Shown here: positions 12,835-24,564 of the stretch, piece after piece
Numbering within the stretch: the stretch's first letter is position 1
Layout: each line of letters opens with the position of its first letter
From: Eledone cirrhosa
Taxonomy: Eukaryota
Length of the DNA: 64,000 nucleotides
Reading direction: 5' to 3'
Assembly (NCBI GenBank): GCA_964016885.1
Contig: OZ024741.1
Span: 142,290,001-142,354,000, forward strand
Program-made: the position numbers and the translations under genes
The notes under the pieces: model-generated
Told to the model about the DNA's origin: nothing
Seen by the model: the letters and a program-made list of their open reading frames with translations, nothing else
Databases searched by the model: none

Positions 12835-13272
12835 ATGCAGTTATGGATAATGACAGAAAAAATACGATCGCGAATACAAGCTACCGAAATGGGATTCCTC
12901 CGAAGAGTCTATGGTGTAACGGTACTCGATAAAGTGCGTAACTCGGAGATCAGAGAGTCACTCCAGGTAGAGCCGCTATTTCTCCGAATTGAGAGATCAC
13001 AGCTCCGATACTATAGGCATGTGGTTAGAATGTCTCAGGAAAGAATCGCTGGTCAGATTTTACAGGCAAAACCAACTGGCAGGCGACCCAGGGGTAGACT
13101 CCGAGCAAGATGGATAACATCCGTGAGCTTGGCTGGTCTCGCTTGGGGATCACTTGGAGATGGTTGCTTCTGATAGGACCCACTGGAAGAAGAAGAAGAA
13201 GAAGAAGAAGAAGAAGAAGAAGAAGAAGAAGAAGAAGAAGAAGAAAAAGAAGAAGAAGAAGAAGAAGAAGAA
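12835..13272 (+). mobile_element. RTE-clade LINE 3' fragment with (GAA)n tail; duplicate at 35674-36126
   Basis: WIMTEKIRSRIQATEMGFLRRV.G...DKVRNSEIRE.L.VEPL..RIERSQLR...HVVRM...GRRPRGR..RW.D, followed by (GAA)n. Confidence 0.9.
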
Positions 13273-13459
13273 ATGTATGCAGTTGTGGATGAGGTGTTGT
13301 AACGTACGGGATATAGAAATAGAGAATCAACTAAGTATAACTGGAAATCGAAATCTAAACACAAAGGTACATTTTATCCTATAAAGGGTGAGAACAATTT
13401 GATAGTCGTAAAAATAATCAATGAACTATTATTAAATAACTAAAATAACATTGCCTCGT

Positions 13460-14150
13460 GTATGGAAGTTCATAGCTGCTGAGAGGTGCTTTGGTTTGCT
13501 TATGGATTTTGGTTTGTTGGCAGGGGTGACAGGCTTTTATCCATTCCCAATTTGCTTGACCATACCATGCCAGGATAATTTGCACGACATCTGGTGCCGT
13601 GTGGCTCTGGTACCATGATGGGAGAGTCTGAGAATGGTGTAAAAATATTTTCGACGCCAAGCTAATGGAGCGATTGGTCGTGGTTTCTCGGTGGATACAT
13701 CGCAAAGGAGGGTTGTTCTGTTGGAACTAAAATGCAAGGAAAGGGAATTGACAGCGATGCGGTAGGCCCTGACGTCATCATCTGTTTGGTGAGCTACGAC
13801 CATAGCCTCATAGTCAAGACCTTCAGTTATCGAGAGTATGTAGGTGTCAGAGTCAATAGAGGCTCTGGAGAGTGCATCAGCAACTGGGTTGCTTTCTCCA
13901 GATATGCGCTGAATGTTAGTAGTGTACTCATAAATGGCTGATAACTGCCGTTGTTGACGTGCAGACTATGGCTTCGATAGCTTGTTGATAGCGAAGTGGT
14001 TTGAGGTCTGTAAACATCGAATTTCCAAAAGGAAACGAAAATATCAGTCACCTAAATGAGCGACTAACAATTCCCTGTCGAAAGTATTATATTTCTGTTC
14101 AGTTGGTAGCAGTTGTCGACTGCAGAAAACTAGAGGTCGCCACTGACCAT
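13460..14150 (-). mobile_element. Ty3/Gypsy pol relic (RNase H end plus integrase HHCC zinc finger)
   Basis: FTDLKPL (FTDHKPL-like); LLCDVSTEKPRPI.P..WRR...LSHHGTRAT...W.GM.KQI...KAC..CQQTKIH..TKAPL. Confidence 0.8.
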
Positions 14151-14497
14151 ATAGCATGAACTAATCGAGTTGCTGTGCATATCTCTCCCTCCTCCCTCTC
14201 CCTCTCCCTCTCTCTTTCTATGTATATATATATATATATGTGTGTGTGTGTGCGTGTTTTCGTAGAAAAGGTAAAGGAAGGAAGAGTGCTCTATGTAAGG
14301 TACAGAGCTATATATGTGTGTAAATATTTTTACTCCCTAACCTTATGTCCTGCGTCTGTGTGTGTATATATATATATTTTTTTTCGCGTTATTTTATTTA
14401 ATTTTATTATTTTATTATTTTTTAATCTTATTTCAGCTTCGTTTTCAATTGTAATAGCTTTTGTTTTTAATTTCATATCTCACATCCATATTAAATT

Positions 14498-14570
14498 TTC
14501 CTTTCTGATGAACGACTTCGGACACCTCTGTTCAGGTTGCCTGTCTTCGTGAAACCTTTGGTAAATGGAA
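14498..14570 (+). ncRNA. Type I hammerhead ribozyme (orphan element ending in (TAA)n)
   Basis: TTCCTTT-CTGATGA-ACGA[...GACA..TGTC..]TCGT-GAAA-CC ttt GG-TA^AATGGAA; all three stems pair; GUA cleavage site after 14563. Confidence 0.78.
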
Positions 14571-14639
14571 TAATTGTATTGTGTTGTTTATTACATAATA
14601 ATAATAATAATAATTATTATTATTTTGTATTATTATAAT

Positions 14640-14724
<85 letters not shown>

Positions 14725-15423
14725 TAGCGGCCTCCCGAATTTCGCCCCGGTCTGTACTGTGCTCAGATCTATTTATAAGGCACATTGTCAACTGTCTTAA
14801 TGTCCATTTTCCTTGGAATAAAAGGCGTTAAAAGGTATTTAAATATTGCATAACATAATTTATTTTTAAATATTCAGAATATCTTCATACAGAAAGTAAT
14901 AAAGAAAATAATAGAAAAATGTATCCTAGGAAAATGATAAAATATTGTCGATAGATTTATAGGTCTGGCTACCTCCAGGGATCACGTGTGAGCGATTTTA
15001 TTGATGGCATTCACTGTGATGTTTTGGAGGACAAGGATTGCTCTTTCACACAGCCACTCCTCATTGGAATGGTGGATTTATAAATTAGGAAACAATTAAT
15101 TAAGCTTACAACGCTTTCCACAACATGACAAAATGACGAAGAATCAAACATCCTACAGTATCAAGGGAGTCCTTTTCTATAAATTTAAACGGCTGAGAAG
15201 TGCTTCTCTGTGAATCTGAGTATCCCCACCTCCCTTCCCGCTTCTGTTATTCGAACTGAAGCAATCTCCACAGCTGGGGAAATCTGAAAGTTCTCCCTCT
15301 CGCACCTCCCCCCATTCTGTTTTCGGAAAAGAAGGCGATTGCAAGCATGATGGAGGACGGATTAGTTGAAAACGCGAAAAAAACCAGGCGAAAAATTTCT
15401 TCACGATTCCATATATTGAATGC

Positions 15424-15745
15424 GCATGGTTTAGTGGTTAGAGTGTTGAGCTTGCAATTGAGAGGTTGTGAGTTCGATTCTCGGATCGGGTGATACGTTA
15501 TTCCCTGAGCAAGACACTTTATTTCACGTTCACTCAGTTCACTCAGCTGTAGAAATGAATTGCAACCTCACTTGTGCCAAGCTGTATCGGCCATTGCCTT
15601 TCCCTTGGACAACATCGGCGGCGTGGAGAGGGGAGACTGGTATGCATGAGCGACTGCTGATCTTCCACAAACAAACCTTGCCCAGTCTGTGCCTCGGAGG
15701 GAAAATTTCTGGGTGCAAACCATGGTCATTAGTGGTGGAGGCCTA
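15424..15745 (+). mobile_element. tRNA-derived SINE (second family); duplicate at ~58600-58922
   Basis: A box 'tggtttagtggttaga'; B box 'gagttcgattc'; body 'ctgagcaagacactttatttcacgtt'; ends in (TA)n. Confidence 0.8.
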
Positions 15746-15747
15746 AA

Positions 15748-15810
<63 letters not shown>

Positions 15811-16123
15811 CTTTTTTAAGTGGGGAAAGGCTTTGCATGGAGCCAATCCCATCCTCTGAACATCGAATGCATTTACCAAAAAGGAAGAACTGATCTACAT
15901 CATTGGATGCAATCGAAATCACAGGTTTTATATCATAGTGACATTCTAGAAAGATGTCATAATGAAGACAAGGAGTCTCTTGCTCCACAAAAGAAATATC
16001 TATCTATCTATATGCTTCTAAAATTCTGATTATGAGCTTATTGTGTGATTATTTTTATGTGAACATTGATTTTTTAAAAATAGTTTTAAGTGAACATAAC
16101 GCAACGTGTCACGAGGGGTCTAG

Positions 16124-16712
16124 TATACTACTAAAACTCTGTGATTGTGTGCTTGTCTGTAATTTAATACAGCCAAAACGGCACATAAAGGGAAAATACT
16201 TTGAAAGAAAATTGCCCGTGAAATGGTAATACAAATGGAATAAAACAAGTTTCGCGTAAATCGGGGCACGGGTTCCCGAGATATGGGGTTTTTCTTTGTA
16301 CCTTCATAAACAGAGGGAGAGAAAAGGATAGAGAGAAAGAGATAGTGGTTGTGAGAGAGTAGATTGAAATAGAGACAGGGAGAGGAGACAGAGAAGGAGA
16401 ATAGAAGAGAGAGAGCTGATGGTGTTGTGAATATATATAGGTGAGTGTTTGTGTATATATATGTATGTGTATGCGTGTGTGTGTGTGTCTATGAACAGTG
16501 TATATAGATCACAGACACCGACATATATATATATATATATGTATACAAACGCACACATTTATATATATACATACACACATTCCAGTTTCATTCCACATTA
16601 TATACGTGTCAGTGTATATTTTAATTATTTAAAAATCATTTTTAAGTGAACATTATTTTTTTTTTTTATATTTTGAAGTGAACTTGATCCAACGGGCCAC
16701 GGGTAGTCTAGT
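16124..16712 (+). mobile_element. Possible non-autonomous Helitron-like element; homologue at ~59264-60082
   Basis: Starts 'tatactactaaaa...tgtctgt' and ends with GC-rich 'caacgggccacggg...' plus CTAG|T. A similar CTAG|T end lies at ~16123. Confidence 0.4.
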
Positions 16713-16749
16713 AACTAATATAAATGACTGCTTAAATGAAAAAATGATC

Positions 16750-16861
16750 TGCCCTGGGTGAGGTTCGAATTAACAACCTCCGCATATCTCCAATCTTGTG
16801 ATTAACACAGGGAAGGCACTATCTATAAGTACGGCGAAATAACCGATTGTGCCACCGGGGA
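16750..16861 (-). pseudogene. tRNA-Ile(UAU) full-length pseudogene with D- and T-arm damage
   Basis: Same exon/intron layout; T-arm 'gttaattcga' and D-stem 'tatttcg' substitutions. Confidence 0.8.
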
Positions 16862-17149
16862 AGCTGTTTGGTGGTTATTAAATTTATGTCAATGAACGAC
16901 TATTTTTCTCTCTCTCTTTTCGAATATATGTATGTATATAGAGTGAACAATTTTTTGCATCTGTGTGTGTTTAGTGGACCAAATTCTTTTGCACATGTTT
17001 CTATTCGCAACAAAATAAACAACTGTTGTGTAAAACACAAATTATACATAAGTAATAAATATTCAACTTTACAAGATGGATGAAATCAGGAAATTTGATA
17101 AATATCTAATATAGATGACTGCTTAAATGAAAAAAAAAGAAAACATATC

Positions 17150-17261
17150 TGCCTCGGGTGAGGCTCCAACTCACAACCTCCGCTTATCTCCCATCACGTG
17201 ATTAATATAAGGAAGTTACTGTCTATAAGTACGGCACGATAACCGATTGTGCCACAGTGGC
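17150..17261 (-). pseudogene. tRNA-Ile(UAU) full-length pseudogene with mutated B box
   Basis: GAGTTGGAG replaces GAGTTCGAG; acceptor stem disrupted. Confidence 0.8.
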
Positions 17262-18395
17262 AGTTATTTGAAGTTTCGAGGTTGACTTTGCCTTTCATCC
17301 TTACGGGGTCGATAAAAATAAAGTACCAGTAATGCACTGGGTTATTGCTGGCTTTGTGCCTAAAGTAGAAACAATTATATTTATAACAGTGAATGACACT
17401 CTCTCTCTCTCTCTCCCCCCCCTATCTGTCCCTCACCCTCTCTCCTCCTCTTTCTCTATCTCTCTCTCTCTCTCATTCTTTATATATGTGTATGTATATG
17501 TAGTGAACAATTATTCAATATTTGATAAGATTGATGAAACAATTGAAACCGGTAATATTTGTCAAAATTTAAATCTACTTAATGAAACAATTATAAAATT
17601 ATTCAATCAATCGGTTTAAAGAGAGAAATAATCTCCAAGTATACTGTACGTTTGAACTTTTTTACTTTTACTTTTTAACCTTTTATTTGAATGGAACTTT
17701 ATTCCTTTTTCACTGCCAGGAATAGTGGAGGCTTCTGGTGTCCTTGGCCCTAGGGCCACCTCCCTACAAACCAAAATCGGCACAGAGTTGGCTACTCGCA
17801 GATGTGAGCCTCGCGAAATGGAATGGTTCTCCCAGCACGTTTCCCTCACCATCCTCCGGGGAAACACCTTCTCTATTCTGTCCACCGGGGCCGCCAGCGA
17901 GTGGTGCACCATTTGCTCCTAGTGGTGAGAGATGGGGAGAGCGGGAGAGACAAAGGCAGTGACAGTGACTGTGGGAGTTTGGTTTCTTTGTGTTCGGACC
18001 CTATTTGTATGTATATGTTTCAGGACATTACCTAAGTGAAAGAATTGTTTCTACTCTTGGCACAAGGCCAGCTATTACTCCAGTGTATTACTGGTACTTT
18101 ATTTTATCGACCCCGTAAGGATGAAAGGCAAAGTCAACCTCGGCTAAGTGAAAGAATGCAGAAGAGAGATTCTTCTTTGAAAATGTCCAAATTCATATCA
18201 CGCACACGCACACACGCGCACACACGCGCACACGTGCACACACACGCCCACACACACGCCCACACACGCGCACAGAGAGAGAGATAGAGAGATGCAAAAA
18301 ATTGTTCACTATATATACATATATATATACGAAAAGAAAGAGAGGAGAGAGAATTAGTCGTTCATTGACATAAATTTAATAACCACCAACCAACT

Positions 18396-18507
18396 GCCCC
18401 GGTGGCACAATCGGTTAGCGCGCCGTACTTATAGACAGTACCTTCCTTGTGTTAATCATAAGATAGGAGATATGCGGAGGTTGTGAGTTCGAACCTCACC
18501 CAGGGCA
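18396..18507 (+). tRNA. tRNA-Ile(UAU) with 38-nt intron (18434-18471), full length
   Basis: Anticodon TAT at 18430-18432; intact A/B boxes; long T run downstream; intron begins GACAGTAC and can pair with the anticodon arm, as in metazoan Ile-UAU introns. Confidence 0.88.
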
Positions 18508-18735
18508 GAAATTACTTTTCATTTTTTTTTTTTTTTCATTTAAACAGCCATCTATATTAGTTATAGTTATTTATCAAATTTCCTGATGCAGCCATCTTGT
18601 AAAGTTGTATATTTATTAGAGAGATAGAGAGATGCAAAAAATTGTTCACTATATATACATACATATATACGAAAAGAAAGAGAGGAGAGAGAATTTTTCG
18701 TTCATTGACATAAACTTAATGACCATCAAACAACT

Positions 18736-18784
18736 GCCCCGGTGGCACAATCGGTTAGCGCGCCGTACTTATAGACAGTACCTT
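18736..18784 (+). pseudogene. tRNA-Ile(UAU) 5' exon plus intron start only
   Basis: Local duplication of ~18280-18444, truncated at the foldback that starts at 18785. Confidence 0.8.
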
Positions 18785-19092
18785 AGTTTTTACCGGTTGC
18801 GCATTTCTAAATGCTTTTCAAAATAATTTTGAGATAGAGTGTCCGTATTGTTTGCTCTGATCTGATTAGTTTTGGAAATTCTACCTGTTTTTATGTTAAA
18901 AAAGTGGCTCCAGCGCTACTTTGGTGTTGCAAAAATTCTTGTGGTCAAAACAGTTTTGATTGGTCGGTAGAGGTCATGTGAATGTAAAAAATTGATTTTG
19001 CGCCAAGACTGTTTTTATGTTAAAAAAGTGGCTCCAGCGCTACTTGGTGTTTGATTTTGCGCCAAGACTGAGAAATCACTCCTTCACAACAA

Positions 19093-19132
<40 letters not shown>

Positions 19133-19562
19133 GTGTGTATATAGCAGAGTAATTCGTGGTAGCAGGGATGGTCAGTAGGAATGTGTCTGTAAGCAGTGGG
19201 GGGGGGGGGGTATTTTAGCATGTCAAAAGATATTTTTTCAGCTTTTGTCTTATACGGAGAAGTGTGTGTGTGTGTGTATAAGTCTCTTTGTATGTTAATG
19301 TACGCGTGTGTATGTGTGTGTGTTACCACAAATTACTCTGCTATATACACACACATACACACACACACACACACACTTATCTTAATAGCCATTTGACACA
19401 CATCCCTGCTAACCATTATCACAACATCGAACACCTTACTACTACTACTACACACACACACACACACACACACATATTTGTTGTGAAGGAGTCATTTCTC
19501 AGGACACTCTATCACAAAATTATTTTTGAAAAGCATTTAGAAATGCGCAACCGGTAAAAACT
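18785..19562. repeat. Nested foldback element with ~60-bp outer inverted repeats and inner inverted repeats
   Basis: 18785-18844 is the reverse complement of ~19502-19562 (and of ~478-538). Inner 'ctccttcacaacaaatatgtg' pairs with 'cacatatttgttgtgaaggag'. Confidence 0.7.
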
Positions 19563-19677
19563 TAAAAACTTAAAACCACAACTGAATACTAACCCATACA
19601 ATCACTAATACTCTTTTATTCCTAATTAAACCATTTTTCAACTGTGAACAATTTGTCAACATTTTCTATTCCGTTTA

Positions 19678-19723
<46 letters not shown>

Positions 19724-19834
19724 GGGAAGGTAGAGAGAAGAGGGTAGAAAGAGAGATGCAAAAGTTGTTCGGAGAGGGGGGGGAGTAGAGAGAGATAGAA
19801 AGAGAGTTAGTCGTTTATTGACATAAATTTAATA

Positions 19835-19938
19835 GGCACAATCGGTTAGCACTCCGTACTTATAGACATTACCTTCCTTGTGTTAATCACATGACGGGAG
19901 ATATGTGGAGCGTGTGAGTTCGAGCCTCACCCAGGGCA
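19835..19938 (+). pseudogene. tRNA-Ile(UAU) pseudogene (duplicate of 830-932)
   Basis: Near-identical to the copy A locus. Confidence 0.85.
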
Positions 19939-20473
19939 GATATACTTCCTTTTTTTTCATTTAAGCAGCCATCTATATTAATTACTTATCAAATTTCCTG
20001 ATATATGTATGTATATATAGAGTGAACAATTTTTTGCATCTCTCTGTCTCTTCGTCCCCCACTCTCTCTGTGCGCGTGTGTGCGTGGTATTTTTTTTTTT
20101 TTTTTCATTTAAGCAGTCATCTATATTAGTTATTTATCAAATTTCCTGATTGCATCCATCTTGTAAAGCTGTATATTTATTACATATCTATGATTAGTAT
20201 TTGTGTTTTACACACCAGTTGTTTATTTGGGTGTTGCGAATACAAACATAGCCTGGGTCAGTATGTTGGGGGGGGGGGGGGTTATAAATTCTCTAAATAG
20301 ATAGTGGTTGGTAAAAGTCGGTAGAGTGTCTTTCATTGTTTTGTGTTCAAATTTCGCTGTTGTTGATACCCTTCTTCATTATTTTGGGACCAATACTTCA
20401 TAGGGGGTGGTTGATCAAATATTATTTGGTCCTGAACAGAAAGGCCAGTATTCTTTGTGACACAGCTCCCATA

Positions 20474-20603
<130 letters not shown>

Positions 20604-20890
20604 TGTGTGTGTGTGAAAGAATTTTTAAATACTAATTATACATAAGTAATAAATATTCAACTTTACAAGATGGATGCAATCAGGAAATTTGATAAATAAC
20701 TAATATAGATGACTGCTTAAATGATGAAAAAATAAAAAATACCACGCACACACGCGCACAGAGAGAGTGGGGGACGGAGAGAAAGAGAGATGCAAAAAAT
20801 TGTTCACTCTATATATACATACATATATCAGGAAATTTGATAAGTAATTAATATAAATGGCTGCTTAAATGAAAAAAAAGGAAGTATATC

Positions 20891-20966
20891 TGCCCTGGGT
20901 GAGGCTCGAACTCACAACCTCCACATATCTCCCGTCATGTGATCAACACAAAGTAGGTAATGTCTA
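20891..20966 (-). pseudogene. tRNA-Ile(UAU) fragment (3' exon plus intron)
   Basis: 5' exon deleted relative to 1985-2087. Confidence 0.75.
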
Positions 20967-21052
20967 AACGACTAATTCTCTCTCTCTCTCTCTCCCCCCC
21001 CCTCTCTCCGAACAACTTTTGCATCTCTCTTTCTACCCTCTTCTCTCTACCT

Positions 21053-21137
<85 letters not shown>

Positions 21138-21138
21138 C

Positions 21139-21194
<56 letters not shown>

Positions 21195-21206
21195 GAAAAA
21201 AATGAA

Positions 21207-21285
<79 letters not shown>

Positions 21286-22795
21286 GAAAAAAATGAAATC
21301 AAAAATGCAACTGGGATCTTTTTTTTTTAAATATATCTATTTGGTTCCTTTACCGGTTTCGCAGTTCTTGTGCTTTTCAAAAGTAGAATTGAGTTGGAGG
21401 GTTTGTGGTTTTTCTCACATCTGGTTGGTGTTTGAATGTTACTTCTGTTTTATATGGAAAAAAGTGGCTCGAAATGCTAGGTTTTTAGAGAAGTAATTTG
21501 GTTGGTTGGTGAATAAGTATAATAAATTTCTGTGATCAGTTTGAACATATATGAATTTTCTATCAAACTTTCTTCTTATATAGGTGTGGTGGTAAATGTT
21601 GAAGTGGTATTTAACAGGTCAGGATTCCATCGAATTCACTTGATTAAACTAGAAAATTATTTTACTATTCATAGTAATGGTCTAAGTGGCATTTTGATGA
21701 GTGTGTGTTTAGTGTGAATAAGTAGGTGGAGTTTAATCGTGTCAAAATTTGGTGTCAAAAGGTCGGTGTTGCAGGGGTAAAGTAGCAAAAAAAAGCTAAA
21801 AACATACTCTTCAAAAAGCCACTTGGGCCATTACTATGAATAGTAAAATAATTTTCTAGTTTAACCAAGTTAATTCGATGGAATCCTGATCTGTTAAATA
21901 CCACTTCCTCATTCACCATCACACCTATATAAGAAAAAAGTTTGATAGAAAATTCATATATGTTCAAACTGCTCACAGAATATATTAGAACACTTTTTAA
22001 AAAATTTAATATTAATATTTGATAAGTTTGATGAAACCAATCGAAACCGGTAATATTTGACGAAATTTAAACCTACTTAATGCATCAATTATAAATCATT
22101 CATTCTGTCGGATTAAAGAGAGAAATAATCTTCAAATATAGTGTATGTTTGTGCATTTTTACTTTTACTTTTTAACCTTTTATTTGAATGGAACTTTATT
22201 CCCTTTTCACTGCCAGTAACAGTGGAGACTTCTGGTGTCCTCGGCGCTAGGGCCACCTCCCTATTCACCACCATCGGCGCAGAGTTGGCTACGCACAGGT
22301 GTGAGCCTCGCGAAATGGAATGGTTCTTCCAACGCGTTTCCATCGCAATCCTCGGGGAAACGCCTTCTCTATTCTCTCCGACGGGGCAGCCAGTGCGTGG
22401 GTCCCTAGTGCTCCTCATAGTGAGAGATTGGGAGTGCAGGAGAGACAGAGACAGTGATAGTGACTGTGGGAGTTTGTTTCCTTTGTGTTCGTACCTGCTG
22501 TATATGTATATGTTGAAACATCGGTAGAGTGTCTTTCATTGTTTTGTGTTCAAATTTTGCTGCTGTTGATATCCTTCTTCATTATTTTGGGACCAATACT
22601 TCATTGAGTATTGTAGAATGTTTATAGGGGCTGGCTGATAAAATATTGTCTTGTCCTGGACAGAAAGGCCAGTAGTGTTTGTAATACAGCTCCCATATAT
22701 ATGTGTGTGTGGATGCAAGATGGATGCAATCAGGAAATTTGATAAATAACTAATATAGATGGCTGCTTGGATGAAAAAAAATGAAAAAGATTATC

Positions 22796-22907
22796 TGCCC
22801 TGGGTGAGGCTCGAACTCACAACCTCCGCATATCTCCCATCATGTGATTATCACAAAGAAGGTTCTGTCTATAAGTACGGCGCGCTAACCGATTGTGCCA
22901 CCGGGGA
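22796..22907 (-). tRNA. tRNA-Ile(UAU) with intron, full length, G1>T
   Basis: Duplicate of 3715-3826 with an intact D loop (AATCGGTTA). Confidence 0.78.
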
Positions 22908-22948
22908 AACTGTTTTGGTGGCTATTGAATTTATGTCAATGAACGACT

Positions 22949-23015
<67 letters not shown>

Positions 23016-23130
23016 ATATGTATGTAAATGTAGTATATAGTGTATAGTGTATGCGTATATAATGGATAATTCTTTGCATCTATCTCTCTCTTTCTGTCTT
23101 TCTCTCTCTCTATCTCTCTATCTATCTATC

Positions 23131-23194
<64 letters not shown>

Positions 23195-23233
23195 TATAGA
23201 TATATGTGTGTGTATATATATATATGTATTATG

Positions 23234-23265
<32 letters not shown>

Positions 23266-23342
23266 TATATACATATATACAGGTAATACATACATCTAAG
23301 ATCACATACAACAAAAGGCTGGCGAAAGGGGTGGACAAACGT

Positions 23343-24125
23343 CCCTCATGTATAGATAAGAAATGTATAACCTGTAAAATAAGCCCCCATATTAACTGTA
23401 AAACTAGAAATGTAGTGTATTGCATAAGATGTACTGAAGGACAATGTAGAAACAAAAATATAGTGTACATGGGTGAGACAGCTCGTAGTATAGGGGAACG
23501 GATAAATGAACACTGGCGAGACCTTCAAGATAATAAAGAATCATCTGTACTCTACCAACATGCTAAGATAGAACACAAGGGTAAATTAGAGAACATAGAA
23601 ATAAAAATAGAATCTACACACAGAAAAGATGCAATGTTTAGACAAATTACAGAGGCAATAAACATAAAAGAATTACAACCAAAACTAAATAGAAAATATG
23701 AGTGGAACAGCAACATCACAACTTACAATTAAGGACAAAATGAAAACACACACACACATAGAACAATCAACCAACCAATAACATGTAAATAAATAAATAA
23801 ATGAACATAAACACACACAGACACCTGGATGTGGCGCATGCGCAAACTGAGCACACAACACACACACAGAAACAAAATGGCGTAGGACAGAGAAAGGAGA
23901 GGCACAGAAACAAAGAAAGGAATCCCCAGTCACTGAAGAGGTCACAGAGTGTGTGACGAAAAGACTATGACTATATATAAACAACTATCTGGTTGCGGAA
24001 CCAACCAACCAACCAGAAATTTATAAATTTATAAATTTGTAAATTTATAAATATATAATAAATTGAAGTGAAACCAACTGGTGCGTGTGTTTCTTATTGG
24101 CAACATGGCCCTCCCAAAGTATAAC
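23343..24125 (+). mobile_element. Penelope-like element 3' fragment (GIY-YIG plus pLTR with hammerhead at 23928-23972)
   Basis: NVVYCIRC...[15 protein letters not shown]...[17 protein letters not shown]. Confidence 0.88.
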
Positions 24126-24443
24126 AATATATATATATATATATAATGGAAAAAATGAAACGAAATTTCATTTCTCACTCTTAGTACGGCTGTTACTTAA
24201 CTGTCAGTGTTGGACAAAAGGGCAACGATAGTTGCTAAACACTGTACGGCTTAATTCGGGATGTTTGTTTACAAACAAACCAACATTATAATAAGTGCTT
24301 GGTAAATCCATACGTACATATATATGTGTGCATGTATGTATATATATACATACTACTCTACGTCTGTATAATATATGTATGTACGTATACATACTTATAT
24401 ATATGTATATATATATATATATGTATATATATGTATATATATG

Positions 24444-24476
<33 letters not shown>

Positions 24477-24477
24477 G

Positions 24478-24558
<81 letters not shown>

Positions 24559-24564
<6 letters not shown>

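Noticed and set aside
13025-13384. Poly-K/R/S/L ORFs (also at 35864-36238)
   Set aside because: They read through the (GAA)n tail of the RTE fragment.
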